DNA of 64,000 nucleotides from Rhodospirillaceae bacterium. Lineage in GTDB: Bacteria > Pseudomonadota > Alphaproteobacteria > GCA-2746255. This document shows, piece by piece, positions 9,487 to 19,922 of this stretch; the stretch's first letter is position 1; each line of letters starts with the position of its first letter. The notes beneath the pieces are model-generated. The model was not told the DNA's origin, made no database searches, and was given only the letters and a program-made list of their open reading frames with translations. Both the position numbers and the translations under genes were made by a program. Location: assembly GCA_002746255.1 (NCBI GenBank), contig NVWO01000001.1, positions 230,102-294,101 of the forward strand. Reading direction: 5' to 3'.

Positions 9487-10704
9487 TTAGATGATATCTT
9501 TTTCCCGCAAATCCTTCAGTTCCAAGGCCGACATTTCAAGGAGTTCACCAAGAACTTCGTCGGTGTGTTGGCCCAGAACCGGCGGGCTGTGCCGGTAAGA
9601 AACGGGCGTTTGCGACAGCTTGATCGGGTTGCCGATCATGTCGATCTGCTTGCCATCCTGGGTGGGGCTTGGCATCTGGATCTTCATGTCGCGGTGGCGG
9701 ATCTGGGGATCTTCGAACACTTCCCGGATGTTGTTGACCGGGCCGGAGGGGACGCCCTGTTTTTCCAGGGCCTCTGTCCAGTATTTGATCGGCTTCTGAA
9801 TAAGAATGTCGCTTAGAAGTGCCGCGAGCTCTTTTCGGTTGGCGATCCGTTGCGTGTTTGTCGTAAAACGTGGGTCGCTGGCAAGCTGTGGGCAACCTGC
9901 GACGTTGCAGAATTTGTGAAACTGGCGATCGTTGCCAACGGCAAGCACGAAATAGCCATCCGCCGCTTCGAAGGTCTGATAGGGCACAATGTTGGGATGT
10001 GCGTTGCCAAGCCGCTTGGGCACCTTGCCGCCGCTTAGATAATTTTGTCCCTCGTAAGTCAGCCAGGCGACCTGTGAATCCAGAAGCCCGATGTCGATAT
10101 ATTGGCCTTCGCCCGTTACGTCGCGGCGATGAAGGGCGGCAAGAATGGCGTTTGCTGCGTACATGCCGGCCATAATGTCGGCGATGCCGATGCCAACTTT
10201 GACGGGCGCACTGGTCGGTTCGCCGGTGATGCTCATCAGGCCGCCCATTGCCTGGGCAAGGTAATCATAGCCCGCCCGGGGGGCGTAAGGCCCTGTCTGG
10301 CCAAAGCCGGTGATAGAGCAATAGACGAGGGCCGGCGCGGAGGCCTTTATCTGGTCATAGGCAAGGCCGTATTTTTTCAACGTTCCGACCTTGAAATTCT
10401 CGACCACAATGTCGCCTTTTGCGATCAGCCGTTTTGCAAGCGCCTGGCCTTCGGGGCGTGCCAGGTCAATCGTGATCGAGCGTTTGTTCCGGTTGGCACT
10501 CAGATAATAGGCGCTTTCGTTCGTTTCGTTCCCTTGCGCGTCTTCCAGGTAAGGCGGCCCCCATTTGCGCGTGTCGTCGCCGATGTTGGGTCGTTCGATC
10601 TTGATAATATCGGCGCCCAGATCGCCGAGTAGCTGCGTGCAAAAGGGGCCGGCAAGGACGCGCGTAAAATCGATGACACGGATGTTTTCAAGGGGGCCCG
10701 TCAT
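9487..10704 (-). CDS. CoA-transferase family III protein (CaiB/BaiF-like)
   Basis: 405-aa ORF with the family III N-terminus (IRVIDFTRVLAGPFCTQLLGDLGADIIKIE). Confidence 0.8.
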   Translation of the reverse strand: MTGPLENIRVIDFTRVLAGPFCTQLLGDLGADIIKIERPNIGDDTRKWGPPYLEDAQGNETNESAYYLSANRNKRSITIDLARPEGQALAKRLIAKGDIVVENFKVGTLKKYGLAYDQIKASAPALVYCSITGFGQTGPYAPRAGYDYLAQAMGGLMSITGEPTSAPVKVGIGIADIMAGMYAANAILAALHRRDVTGEGQYIDIGLLDSQVAWLTYEGQNYLSGGKVPKRLGNAHPNIVPYQTFEAADGYFVLAVGNDRQFHKFCNVAGCPQLASDPRFTTNTQRIANRKELAALLSDILIQKPIKYWTEALEKQGVPSGPVNNIREVFEDPQIRHRDMKIQMPSPTQDGKQIDMIGNPIKLSQTPVSYRHSPPVLGQHTDEVLGELLEMSALELKDLREKDII

Positions 10705-11183
10705 GTGGCGTTGCTTTCGTTCGACATGGAAAGAAAATCAAGCAGTCCTTGTAGAATATAAGCAGCGGCCAGTTTATCGACAACTTCGCCACGGCGTTTG
10801 CGGGAAAGATCGGCATCAAGAAGGGTGCGCGTCACGGCGGCGGTTGACAGGCGTTCGTCCCAAAAAGCGAGCGGAAGGTCGATTTTACCGAGCAGGTTTT
10901 CCGCAAATGCGCGCATTGATTGGCAGCGCGGGCCTTCCGTGCCATCCATATTTATAGGCAGGCCGACAACGATGCCGCCGATTTCGTGATCGCGGAAAAT
11001 CACTTTTAGTTTTTCCATGTCGGGACGAAATTTTGTCCGCCGCAGCGTCTCGAAAGGGGTGGCGATTCCAAACAAGGGGTCGGAAAACGCCATTCCAATC
11101 GTTTTTTTTCCGACGTCAAGGCCGATCAGGCGCGTGCCCGAAGCCATGGATTGTTGAAGTTCCGCAGGGTTGCAGACCGCCAT
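10701..11183 (-). CDS. ruvX: putative pre-16S rRNA nuclease / Holliday junction resolvase-like RuvX (YqgF)
   Basis: 160-aa ORF with the YqgF signature LIGLDVGKKTIGMAFSD. It overlaps the CoA-transferase start by 4 nt. Confidence 0.85.
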   Translation of the reverse strand: MAVCNPAELQQSMASGTRLIGLDVGKKTIGMAFSDPLFGIATPFETLRRTKFRPDMEKLKVIFRDHEIGGIVVGLPINMDGTEGPRCQSMRAFAENLLGKIDLPLAFWDERLSTAAVTRTLLDADLSRKRRGEVVDKLAAAYILQGLLDFLSMSNESNAT

Positions 11184-11269
11184 AGCGGGTGATACCTTCC
11201 GCTCATATTCTTCCGGACGCCCCGGTTATCAAAGCGTTCCGACTTTCTTAACCCGGAGATTTTACCCCC

Positions 11270-11557
11270 ATGTCGCTGGACAAGGCTACCGTGGCAAACA
11301 TTGCCTCGCTTGCGCATATTCATGTGGGCGAAGACGAATTGTCGGCGTTGGCCACCGAGCTTTCTAAAATCCTCGATTTTGTCGAACAGCTCAAGGAAGT
11401 TGATACGGAAAATGTTGATCCGATGACATCCGTTGCCGCAATGGCGCTTCGCCGTCGGGCAGACGTGGTGACAGACGGCGATTTGCAGGCCAAGGTTCTG
11501 GCAAACGCACCCCGGCACAGTGCGAATTTTTTCAACGTTCCAAAGGTTATCGAATAG
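11270..11557 (+). CDS. gatC: Asp/Glu-tRNA(Asn/Gln) amidotransferase subunit C
   Basis: 95-aa ORF that looks like GatC ([17 protein letters not shown]) and lies directly upstream of gatA. Confidence 0.9.
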   Translation: MSLDKATVANIASLAHIHVGEDELSALATELSKILDFVEQLKEVDTENVDPMTSVAAMALRRRADVVTDGDLQAKVLANAPRHSANFFNVPKVIE

Positions 11558-11564
11558 GCGACCC

Positions 11565-13040
11565 ATGGCGGAATTAACCCGGCTTACCCTTGCTGAGGCC
11601 CGCGATGGCCTGAGAAAAAAAGATTTCAGCGCCAAGGAGCTGACCGAGGCCCATCTTGGGGCGATGGCGGCGACGCGCGGGTTGAATGCCTTTATCACGG
11701 AAACGCCGGAACTGGCCCTGGCGGCGGCCGAGGCGGCGGACATACGTCTGGCGAAGGGCTCGACATGCGCCCTGGAAGGCGTGCCGTTGGCGGTGAAAGA
11801 TCTTTTTTGTACGGAAGGTGTCTTGACGACGGCCGCGTCGCATATCCTTGACGGCTTTGTGCCGCCTTATGAATCGACCGTGACCAAAAATCTGTGGGAG
11901 GCCGGTGCCGTCCTGTTGGGAAAAACAAATCTCGATGAATTCGCAATGGGTTCCTCGAACACAACGAGCTATGCCGGTCCGGTTGAAAACCCCTGGCATC
12001 GGCAAGGGGACGACCGCCCGCTTGTTCCCGGCGGGTCGTCGGGCGGTTCCGCCGCTGCCGTCGCCGCCGGGCTTTGCCTGGGCGCGATCGGTACGGACAC
12101 GGGCGGCTCTATCCGTCAGCCAGCTGCCTTCTGCGGCATTGTCGGGATGAAGCCGACCTATGGGCGTTGCTCGCGTTGGGGGGTTGTCGCCTTTGCGTCC
12201 TCGTTGGACCAGGCGGGGCCGATGACTCGCAGCGTTCGCGATGCGGCCATTCTGCTGGGGGCGATGGCGGGTTTTGACGCCAAGGATTCGACCTCTGCCG
12301 AACTTCCGGTTCCGGATTATGAGGCGGCGTTGGAGGTGGGTGTGCGCGGCCTTAAAATCGGCATTCCGAAGGAATATGAGCTGGAAGGTACGTCCCGGGA
12401 AATTGTCGAGCTTTGGGAAAAGGGCAAGGCGTGGCTGAAGGATGCCGGCGCCGAGATTGTCGATGTCAGCCTGCCGCATACGAAATACGCGCTTCCTGCT
12501 TATTACATCGTCGCCCCGGCGGAAGCGTCGTCGAACCTTGCGCGCTATGACGGCGTTCGCTATGGCCTGCGGGTTGAAGGCAAAGACCTTGACGACATGT
12601 ATAAAAAGACACGCGCCGCAGGCTTTGGTCAGGAAGCGCGGCGTCGCATTCTAATTGGCACCTATGTGCTTTCGGCGGGCTATTACGACGCCCATTATCT
12701 AAAGGCGCAGAAAGTGCGCACGCTTATCGCACGTGATTTCAACGCCGCCTTTGAAAAAGTGGACGTTCTTTTGACGCCGACGACGCCGACGCCGGCCTTT
12801 CCGATTGGGGAAAAAGAAGACGACCCGGTTGCGATGTACCAAAACGATATCTTTACCGTACCGGCAAGCATGGCCGGCCTTCCCGGAATTTCGGTGCCAG
12901 CCGGGCTGGACTCGGACGGGCTGCCCCAGGGGCTGCAATTGATTGGCCGGGCCTTTGACGAGGCCACGCTTCTGCGTACAGCGGCGGTGCTGGAAGCGGC
13001 GGCGCCGGCCTTTGCCCCACCACCCCGGAGGGCATCATGA
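11565..13040 (+). CDS. gatA: Asp/Glu-tRNA(Asn/Gln) amidotransferase subunit A
   Basis: Amidase signature [13 protein letters not shown] chose the start at [13 protein letters not shown] (11565), just after the gatC stop. Confidence 0.92.
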   Translation: MAELTRLTLAEARDGLRKKDFSAKELTEAHLGAMAATRGLNAFITETPELALAAAEAADIRLAKGSTCALEGVPLAVKDLFCTEGVLTTAASHILDGFVPPYESTVTKNLWEAGAVLLGKTNLDEFAMGSSNTTSYAGPVENPWHRQGDDRPLVPGGSSGGSAAAVAAGLCLGAIGTDTGGSIRQPAAFCGIVGMKPTYGRCSRWGVVAFASSLDQAGPMTRSVRDAAILLGAMAGFDAKDSTSAELPVPDYEAALEVGVRGLKIGIPKEYELEGTSREIVELWEKGKAWLKDAGAEIVDVSLPHTKYALPAYYIVAPAEASSNLARYDGVRYGLRVEGKDLDDMYKKTRAAGFGQEARRRILIGTYVLSAGYYDAHYLKAQKVRTLIARDFNAAFEKVDVLLTPTTPTPAFPIGEKEDDPVAMYQNDIFTVPASMAGLPGISVPAGLDSDGLPQGLQLIGRAFDEATLLRTAAVLEAAAPAFAPPPRRAS

Positions 13041-14542
13041 GCCTTGCCGAAGAGACAAAGCCGGTTGAAGGCGCGAACCCTGTCGAGGGCGCTAATTTGA
13101 TCGAAGGGGCAACGGGCCTATGGGAAATTGTGATTGGGTGTGAGGTGCACGCCCAGGCCGTCTCGCATTCAAAACTCTTTTCCGGGGCATCGACGACTTT
13201 TGGTGCCGAGCCAAACACGCAAGTGTCTCTTGTCGATGCAGCGATGCCGGGCATGCTGCCCGTCATCAACGAGGTTTGCATCCGCCAGGCGGTTCGTACG
13301 GGGCTTGGCCTGAAGGCAGAGGTCAATTACTTCTCGGTTTTTGATCGCAAAAATTATTTTTATCCGGACCTTCCCCAAGGCTATCAGATCACCCAATGGA
13401 CGCATCCGATCATCGGCAAGGGCGAATTGTTGATCGATCTTGCCGATGGCCGTTCGCGGTCTATCGGCATCACCCGCCTGCATCTTGAACAGGATGCAGG
13501 GAAAAGCCTGCACGACCAGCACCCGAAACAGACCTATATCGACCTCAACCGTTCCGGCATTGCCTTGATGGAAATTGTTTCCGAACCGGACATGCGCAGC
13601 GCGGAAGAAGTCGGCGCCTATCTTCGCAAGCTGCGTTCGATTCTGCGTTATCTCGGCACCTGCGACGGCAACATGGAAGAAGGGTCGATGCGTTGCGATG
13701 TAAACATTTCCGTGCGCCGCCCCGGCGAGGCCTATGGCACGCGCTGCGAAATTAAAAACGTAAACTCCATCCGCTTTGCCATGCAGGCCGTTGACTATGA
13801 AGCCCGCCGGCAGGTCGATCTGCTGGAATCCGGCGGCAAGGTTGCTCAGCAGACGCGGCTGTTCGATTCGACAAAAGGCGAAACGCGGCCAATGCGCTCG
13901 AAGGAAGAAGCGCATGACTATCGTTATTTCCCGGATCCGGATTTGCTGCCGCTGCAACTCGAAGAAGCCTATGTTGAGGAACTCCGCAAGGCGCTTCCCG
14001 AACTTCCCGATGAAAAGAAGCAGCGGTTTATTTCCGAATACGGGCTTTCGCCCTATGACGCAGGCATTCTGGTTTTTGAAAAGGAAAATGCTGCCTATTA
14101 CGAACTGGCGGCAAAGGACCGAAACAAGAAGCTGACGGCAAACTGGGTCATCAGCGAGCTGTTCGGCGCGTTGAACAAGCTTGGCGTGAACATTGCGAAT
14201 TCACCTGTTTCCCCAGAAGCGCTTGGCGGCCTGGTCGGCCTCATCGAAGACGAGACGATTTCCGGGCGTATTGCCAAGGACGTTTTTGCCGACATGCTGG
14301 AAACCGGCAAGCCGGCCGCCGCCATCGTCGAGGCGAAGGGGCTGCGCCAAGTGACGGAACCGGGCGCCATCCGCGAGGTCATCACCGAAATCATCGCCGC
14401 GAACGCGGACAAGGTTGCCCAATACAAGGCCGGCAAGGAGAAACTGTTCGGCTATTTCGTCGGTCAGGTGATGAAGGCGACGGCAGGCAAGGCGAACCCG
14501 AAGCTGGTCAATCAGCTTTTAAAGGAAGAGCTCGGCAAATAG
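13037..14542 (+). CDS. gatB: Asp/Glu-tRNA(Asn/Gln) amidotransferase subunit B
   Basis: 501-aa ORF resembling GatB ([22 protein letters not shown]). It overlaps the gatA stop by 4 nt. Confidence 0.92.
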   Translation: MSLAEETKPVEGANPVEGANLIEGATGLWEIVIGCEVHAQAVSHSKLFSGASTTFGAEPNTQVSLVDAAMPGMLPVINEVCIRQAVRTGLGLKAEVNYFSVFDRKNYFYPDLPQGYQITQWTHPIIGKGELLIDLADGRSRSIGITRLHLEQDAGKSLHDQHPKQTYIDLNRSGIALMEIVSEPDMRSAEEVGAYLRKLRSILRYLGTCDGNMEEGSMRCDVNISVRRPGEAYGTRCEIKNVNSIRFAMQAVDYEARRQVDLLESGGKVAQQTRLFDSTKGETRPMRSKEEAHDYRYFPDPDLLPLQLEEAYVEELRKALPELPDEKKQRFISEYGLSPYDAGILVFEKENAAYYELAAKDRNKKLTANWVISELFGALNKLGVNIANSPVSPEALGGLVGLIEDETISGRIAKDVFADMLETGKPAAAIVEAKGLRQVTEPGAIREVITEIIAANADKVAQYKAGKEKLFGYFVGQVMKATAGKANPKLVNQLLKEELGK

Positions 14543-14560
14543 GGAATACCCGCTTGGGGG

Positions 14561-14589
14561 CACGAAAGCTCGACTTTCGGCGCTTTTTC
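14561..14589 (+). terminator. possible intrinsic terminator after gatB
   Basis: Hairpin cgaaag-ctcga-ctttcg followed by gcgcttttt. Confidence 0.4.
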
Positions 14590-14602
14590 CCCGTAAAATC
14601 CA

Positions 14603-15787
14603 GTGTTTTTCGTATTTGCAATGTCAGGGGCGACGCCGTTGAAGTTTTCAGGCCTTAAAACGGGACTGCTTTTCCTGCTGCTGATGGCGGTGGCGCTTCC
14701 AGCCAACGCAGAGGATGCGTGGTATCTGCGCCTTCAGGGCGGCGGCAATTTTGCCGGCGATCAGGACATCGACGGCATCCTGGGCACGACCTTTGCGCGC
14801 CAAAGCGAATTTTCCAGCGGCTATGTGGCGGGGGTGGCCCTTGGCCACGGTTTCGGGCCGATCCGTGTGGAGGGCGAATTCCTCTATCGAGAGAACGATG
14901 TTGACGGGCTTGCCGGCGGGCCGGGGATGGTTTCCGGCGATCGCTCCATCCGCAGTTTCACGGCAAACGTCCTCTACGATTTTTATTCTGTCGCCCTTTC
15001 CCCGGATCGGTCAATTGATCTCTACGCGGGCGCGGGGCTTGGCATCGCGAATGTGTCGTTTAACGGGGTTGCCGAAGGGGGTGGCGCGCTTCTGGATACT
15101 GATGACAGTGTCTTTGCCTATCAGGCGATTTTTGGCGTCAGCCACGTCCTTTCAGACCGCCTGTCCATCAATCTCGATTACCGTTACCTGACGACGGTGA
15201 ACCCCGAATTCGTGACAGCGGCGGCGGCGAATGTCGAAACAGAGGTGGCCGATCATTCGGTCCTGTTTGGCCTGACCTGGCATTTCGGCGCGAAGGCGAA
15301 GGCGAAGCGAGCCTTTGCCAAGGCAGCCGAACCGGCGTCTCGTCCGGCTCCATCTGCAACGCGTGCGTCTACGGCACCTGTGGCAGCAGCGGCACCTGTG
15401 GCAGCAGCGGCACCTGTGGCAGCTGTGGCTACGGCACCTGATAAGAAAGCGGTGACGAAGAAGACCTTCCTTGTTTTCTTCGACTGGGATCGGGCCGTCA
15501 TCCGTCAGGACGCGGTGGAAATCCTGACCGAGGCGGCAGCCGTTGCCCGGCACGGGACGCTTGCGATCATTCAACTGACCGGCCATGCTGATCGCTCGGG
15601 CACGCGTCGCTACAATCAGAGCCTTTCCGAACGAAGGGCGGCAGCGGTCCAACGCTTCCTGGTTGGCAAGGGGGTTCCGGCGGACATCATTGCCACCTTT
15701 GGCAAGGGCGAAGACGATCTGCTGGTGGCGACCCCGGACAATGTGCGCGAACCCCGCAACCGCCGGGTCGAGATCGTTCTTCCTTAA
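14603..15787 (+). CDS. OmpA-family outer membrane protein (N-terminal beta-barrel, C-terminal OmpA domain)
   Basis: Signal peptide ending ALPANA-ED. Ala/Pro-rich linker containing three tandem 18-bp repeats (about 15373-15426). C-terminal OmpA motif (LTGHADRSGTRRYNQSLSERRA). The exact start is uncertain. Confidence 0.8.
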   Translation: MFFVFAMSGATPLKFSGLKTGLLFLLLMAVALPANAEDAWYLRLQGGGNFAGDQDIDGILGTTFARQSEFSSGYVAGVALGHGFGPIRVEGEFLYRENDVDGLAGGPGMVSGDRSIRSFTANVLYDFYSVALSPDRSIDLYAGAGLGIANVSFNGVAEGGGALLDTDDSVFAYQAIFGVSHVLSDRLSINLDYRYLTTVNPEFVTAAAANVETEVADHSVLFGLTWHFGAKAKAKRAFAKAAEPASRPAPSATRASTAPVAAAAPVAAAAPVAAVATAPDKKAVTKKTFLVFFDWDRAVIRQDAVEILTEAAAVARHGTLAIIQLTGHADRSGTRRYNQSLSERRAAAVQRFLVGKGVPADIIATFGKGEDDLLVATPDNVREPRNRRVEIVLP

Positions 15788-15817
15788 AAATTATTCAGAG
15801 AAATTATTCGGGCGCGC

Positions 15818-16384
15818 TTATTTGGACGCGTTGAAGGCCTTGTGCCCTTTTTCCCGTGCGGCAAGCCGCGCGGCGAGACGCTGGTCGCGGGGGGTGGGGG
15901 TGTCTCCAGAAAGTTCGGCCAGACTTTTTGTATAGGTGGCGATGGTGAAACTTGCGAGATCGGTTTCTTTAAGGTTGAGGGCCGCTTTTGCCAAGCGGGC
16001 GCGATCCTCGCAATAGGTCGCTTCGCGGATGCTGTTCAGGGAGGCCAGGTTGGCAAGATGCGTCAGGAACGAATCAAAGCGGACGCGGTGCGTGGCACCA
16101 TAGGTTTCGCGGAAATGCCCGCGCAGCGTATTGGCACTATGGATAAGGTTCGGTGAGAACTGGCGGACAAAGTGATTGTAGTCGGCGACCAGGGTTGCGC
16201 GAAGGTCCCCATGGCAGCCCAGCGCCGCGACCATCAGTTCGGATTGGAGCATGCGCACGGACGCCGCCCTGGCGACGTTGCCATCCATACCACCAGCATC
16301 CATGCCGCCAGCATCTTCCGCCAACCCTTCGGCCGCCCATAGAAGGGCTGCCGCCAATGCCAGGCCCGCCACGCCTTTTTTCAT
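15818..16384 (-). CDS. hypothetical secreted protein
   Basis: I chose the start at MKKGVAGLALAAALLWAAEGLA, which is signal-peptide-like. A short DAGGM repeat follows. I do not recognise the family. Confidence 0.45.
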   Translation of the reverse strand: MKKGVAGLALAAALLWAAEGLAEDAGGMDAGGMDGNVARAASVRMLQSELMVAALGCHGDLRATLVADYNHFVRQFSPNLIHSANTLRGHFRETYGATHRVRFDSFLTHLANLASLNSIREATYCEDRARLAKAALNLKETDLASFTIATYTKSLAELSGDTPTPRDQRLAARLAAREKGHKAFNASK

Positions 16385-16613
16385 ACACCGAACTCCCTCG
16401 CGGCAGAAAACACCCGCCGACGCCGGTTTTTTTTCTTCGTCTTCCCTGAGGATTTCATCCTCCCCTTTCGGAAAGGTTAACGGAAATCGGTGGTGAGGCA
16501 AGGCGCTTGCCGAAATGTGGCGAAATCTTTGGCTTTTGTAGGGGTTACTGGCGATGCGCGGCAGACCCTTGGATTGACAGTTCCGGGTGCCATCCGTTAG
16601 AACCGCCCTTTCC

Positions 16614-16703
16614 GGAGGGGTGGCCGAGTGGCTGAAGGCGCTGGTTTGCTAAATCAGTATGCGGGTAACCGTATCGAGGGTTCGAATCCCTCTCCCTCCG
16701 CCA
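16614..16703 (+). tRNA. tRNA-Ser (anticodon GCU)
   Basis: Hand-folded cloverleaf. Acceptor stem GGAGGGG/TCCCTCC, anticodon loop TT-GCT-AA, long variable arm, T-arm GAGGG-TTCGAAT-CCCTC, discriminator G and an encoded CCA. Confidence 0.9.
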
Positions 16704-16994
16704 GCCATAAGTCATTGTTATATAAGTATTTTTCAGGATATAGCGTGGGTTTGAACTTGTCCCGCTACTTCCGGGGCTTACGCCCAATGCACCATTCCGT
16801 CATGAACACCTGAGACTGGTCTGGTGTGGCGAATGAGGCACCGATATCGGATAAGTCTCTTACGCCGGTTTTGGTGGTACGGCCAAATTCGCGTTGGGGT
16901 GTGATTTTGGCCGGATTGCTGCCGATTTCATGGCCGGCTAGTGCGCCGTGTTGGTGGCTAGGGGCGGGGATCCTGAGACAATTTCCGGCGTCCG

Positions 16995-18740
16995 TCAGCC
17001 GATTCCGAGGCGTGTGCGTTGCTCTTCCCAGGCGATGGGTAGACGCACCTCGTTTGCCAGTCGCTTGGCGGTCAACTCGATCGGATGACGGTCGTGGAGG
17101 ATAGCCTTCACGACGTCCGGTGCGAGGAAGCTGAGTCGCAGAATGCGGGTGAAATAGGAGCCGGTGATGCCGACTTCGGCGGCAAGCTCCGCTATCGTCT
17201 TGCCACCCTTGCGCATGAGCATCCCATGATACTGGTGGGCTTGGGCGAGTACCCGGCACAGGCTGCGGTCAGGCTTGCGGCGCACGTTACCGTCATCGCC
17301 GTCGATCAGGAGTCTGGTCTCCATGCCGGTGCGCTTGATCCGGGCCGGGACGGTGAAGGTAATGGTCGGCGCGGCGTTTGTTTCCGGTCGCGTCCAGTCC
17401 TGCGGATCGTTCTGGTCCCCTAGAATCGTGATCAACCGACCGGGCATGATATGGATCTCCAGCGTCTCGCGCAGGAGGTCGATCCGGTCGACAAAGACTG
17501 TGAGGATACGGCGTCTCTCGGACGGTTTCATCTTGGGCCACTGTTCGGCAAGATTCGTGACGCGGGCAACGACGGCGGCACGCTCGCTCACGTCGGCAAC
17601 CATCGCCGCGATCGCATCGAAGACCTTCGTCTCGCTTGCCAGGAACTGTCTGAGACGCCCCTCGACGAGTTCTTCGAGGTCGCCGGCCGGTACCCGTCGG
17701 CCACGTGGTGCGCGACGCCGGTTTCCCCGGACGAGTGCTTTCGAGACATAGTAGCGATACCGCGTTCCCTTCTTGTTGGCATGGCTAGGGGTCATGGGTT
17801 CGCCGGCATCGTCGTAGAGCAACCCGGCAAGGAGACTCGGCTGCGCTGCGTCGACTCCGTTTGCACGGTCGATGCGGTTCGCTGCCAGCTTTTGCTGCAC
17901 CTTATTCAACAGCGCTTCGTCGATGATTGCTTTGTGTTCACCGGGGTAGCTCGTCTCCTTGTGGACGATGCGCCCAAGATAGATAGGGTTTTGCAGCATA
18001 TGATAGAGCGCGCCGCGGGCGAGCGGCTTGCCACCGGTTTGGCGACCGAACCGGTTAGACCGGGCCTTGCTTGCGATGCCGTCCCGGTCGAGTTCTTCCT
18101 TGAGGGCGGGGACCGAACCGAGCGCGACATAGCGCCGGTAGATGGTGCGAACGGTCTCGGCTTCGGCTTCGTTGACGACAAGCTTTCTGTCCTTCACGTC
18201 GTAGCCGAGCGGCGGCAGGCCACCCATCCACATGCCCTTCTTCTTGGAAGCAGCAATCTTGTCGCGGATGCGCTCGCCGGTGACCTCGCGTTCGAACTGG
18301 GCGAAGGAGAGCAGCATGTTGAGGGTGAGCCGGCCCATTGAGGTCGTGGTATTGAAGGCTTGCGTCACAGAGACGAAGGAGACGCCGTGTGTGTCGAATA
18401 CCTCGACGATCTTCGCAAAATCGCTTAAGGATCTTGTCAGCCGATCGACCTTGTAGACGACGACCGTATCGACCTTGCCTGTCTCGATATCGGCAAGCAG
18501 GCGTTTCAGGGCCGGTCGCTCCATGGTAGCGCCCGAGATGCCGCCGTCGTCGTACATCTCGGGCAGACAGGTCCAGCCCTCGTGCTTCTGGCTTGCGATA
18601 TAGGCCTCGCAAGATTCGCGCTGGGCGTCGAGGGAGTTGAACTCCTGTTCCAGCCCCTCCTCATGGGACTTGCGCGTGTAGATCGCGCAGCGGGTCGAAA
18701 CCTTGCCGGCGGTCGTCTTGCGGTTCTTGGTCTTATGCAT
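16995..18740 (-). CDS. large serine recombinase (resolvase/invertase N-domain plus recombinase domain)
   Basis: The catalytic N-terminus reads CAIYTRKSHEEGLEQEFNSLDAQRE...VVVYKVDRLTRS, followed by a long C-terminal recombinase region. I preferred the start at MHKTKNRK (18740). Confidence 0.9.
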   Translation of the reverse strand: MHKTKNRKTTAGKVSTRCAIYTRKSHEEGLEQEFNSLDAQRESCEAYIASQKHEGWTCLPEMYDDGGISGATMERPALKRLLADIETGKVDTVVVYKVDRLTRSLSDFAKIVEVFDTHGVSFVSVTQAFNTTTSMGRLTLNMLLSFAQFEREVTGERIRDKIAASKKKGMWMGGLPPLGYDVKDRKLVVNEAEAETVRTIYRRYVALGSVPALKEELDRDGIASKARSNRFGRQTGGKPLARGALYHMLQNPIYLGRIVHKETSYPGEHKAIIDEALLNKVQQKLAANRIDRANGVDAAQPSLLAGLLYDDAGEPMTPSHANKKGTRYRYYVSKALVRGNRRRAPRGRRVPAGDLEELVEGRLRQFLASETKVFDAIAAMVADVSERAAVVARVTNLAEQWPKMKPSERRRILTVFVDRIDLLRETLEIHIMPGRLITILGDQNDPQDWTRPETNAAPTITFTVPARIKRTGMETRLLIDGDDGNVRRKPDRSLCRVLAQAHQYHGMLMRKGGKTIAELAAEVGITGSYFTRILRLSFLAPDVVKAILHDRHPIELTAKRLANEVRLPIAWEEQRTRLGIG

Positions 18741-19254
18741 CGACCGCCTCCTCGGCCCGCGAACCGATCGGTTGCCTGGCCCTATTGTTGATCCCGAAGA
18801 AGCGCGGTCCCGACCAGTGCCCGCCGGTGATTGCGCGCGCGATCGCCGACAGCGACTGCCAGTGTCGGCCCCTCCATTCAAACCCGTCCTCAGTAACGAT
18901 CACGGTATGAGTCTCACCATGCCACTCGCGTATCAGCTTCGCCCCGGGCTTTAGGCGGGCAACCCGGTTGCGCGTGACGTCGCCGTTCCGTTCCAGGGTC
19001 TTCGCCAGATCGGCGAGACGACGCTTCGTTGTCGCGCCGAGGCCACCAAAGGCCCGCTCCTGGATCTTCCATGCAATCCCGAGCAGGAGCAGGTCGCGTG
19101 CCACCCGCTTCGGCGGGTGGATGCGATAGAGCCGTCGCCATTCCACTCGTAGCGCGTCGTAATCCATCTCTCCGAGCGCTTGAAGTCTGGTCGCCACCTC
19201 CTCTACGGCACTCGCACTACGGCGTTGGAGGGCTTCTTTCCCGGTGCGCAACAT
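18733..19254 (-). CDS. DUF2924-like protein (accessory protein commonly next to serine recombinases)
   Basis: Carries the motif GAKLIREWHGETHTVIVTEDGFEWRGRHWQSLSAIARAITGGHWSGPRFFG. It overlaps the recombinase start. I preferred the start at MLRTGKEA. Confidence 0.6.
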   Translation of the reverse strand: MLRTGKEALQRRSASAVEEVATRLQALGEMDYDALRVEWRRLYRIHPPKRVARDLLLLGIAWKIQERAFGGLGATTKRRLADLAKTLERNGDVTRNRVARLKPGAKLIREWHGETHTVIVTEDGFEWRGRHWQSLSAIARAITGGHWSGPRFFGINNRARQPIGSRAEEAVDA

Positions 19255-19258
19255 CGAC

Positions 19259-19549
19259 TCATGCCTCGGCGGGTGCGATTTTGTAAACCTTTCGCTCATC
19301 CTTGTCGGCTTCAAGGCGGATGGTGAAGCCTCGCGTGCGGAGCCGGCTCAGGGCTCCGTATACGGAGTGCTTCTGCCAACCGGTTGCCTTAATGAGAGCG
19401 TCAATCGTTGCGCCCTTCCTGGTGTCAAGCCGGTCCAGGATTAGGCCGAGCTTTCCACCCGGGCGGGGGTTGGCATCGGTCCTCCGAGAGCGCTTGTCGG
19501 GGCTCTTCTTTGCGTAGCTGCGTGTTTTGCTTGGGGTCCGCTTGGTCAT
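19259..19549 (-). CDS. DUF3489-like small protein
   Basis: Only the C-terminal 96 aa of the 224-aa track ORF look genuine (MTKRTPSK...RKGATIDALIKATGWQKHSVYGALSRLR...KVYKI). Confidence 0.6.
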   Translation of the reverse strand: MTKRTPSKTRSYAKKSPDKRSRRTDANPRPGGKLGLILDRLDTRKGATIDALIKATGWQKHSVYGALSRLRTRGFTIRLEADKDERKVYKIAPAEA

Positions 19550-19644
19550 CGGTGGTCCTCCATCTCGGGCCGCGCCACTCGCGCGGCCTCCCACCAGCCC
19601 AAGCCCCGCCGGCAAGGCCGGCCAGGGCGGGCGGAGAGACGATG

Positions 19645-19898
19645 TCCACCCCTCAAGTTGACGGACAGTACCGCTTCCTTCTACGCAGGAGTCCAGACGA
19701 AAGAAGGCGGGAGGTAGGTCTTTCGGAGAACAGGGGGTATAATCGGTGCCAGGCATCGGGACACAGCCGGTCGGCTGGCTACCCATAAAGTCCCATGCTG
19801 GCTTCGGCGGGCCGACCCCGCCGGGGCTTTTTGAAATGGTATGCGAGCGTGCCGTGACGCGGCCGGGCAAGATCGGATGATCTCTGCGCATGCGGGGA
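19645..19898 (+). repeat. structured noncoding element, copy A (TATAAT box, GC hairpin with T-run, one CRISPR-I-E-repeat-like hairpin)
   Basis: It aligns by eye with 28390-28627. Shared parts are aggtaggtctttcggag, TATAAT (19738-19743), terminator-like CGGCGGG-ccgac-CCCGCCG-gggcttttt (19805-19832) and the hairpin cggatgatCTCTGCgcatGCGGGGa (19874-19898). Confidence 0.6.
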
Positions 19899-19922
19899 AA
19901 ACACGAAGGTAAAAGAGCTAAA

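Noticed and set aside
11126-13957. Minus-strand ORFs 11126-11743, 11574-12479 and 13169-13957 overlapping gatCAB
   Set aside because: They lie antisense to strongly supported gat genes. Their sequences are low-complexity and Arg-rich.
17451-18341. 296-aa plus-strand ORF inside the serine recombinase gene, and the similar 31810-33306 ORF inside hsdR
   Set aside because: They lie antisense to genes with clear catalytic motifs and have no motifs of their own.
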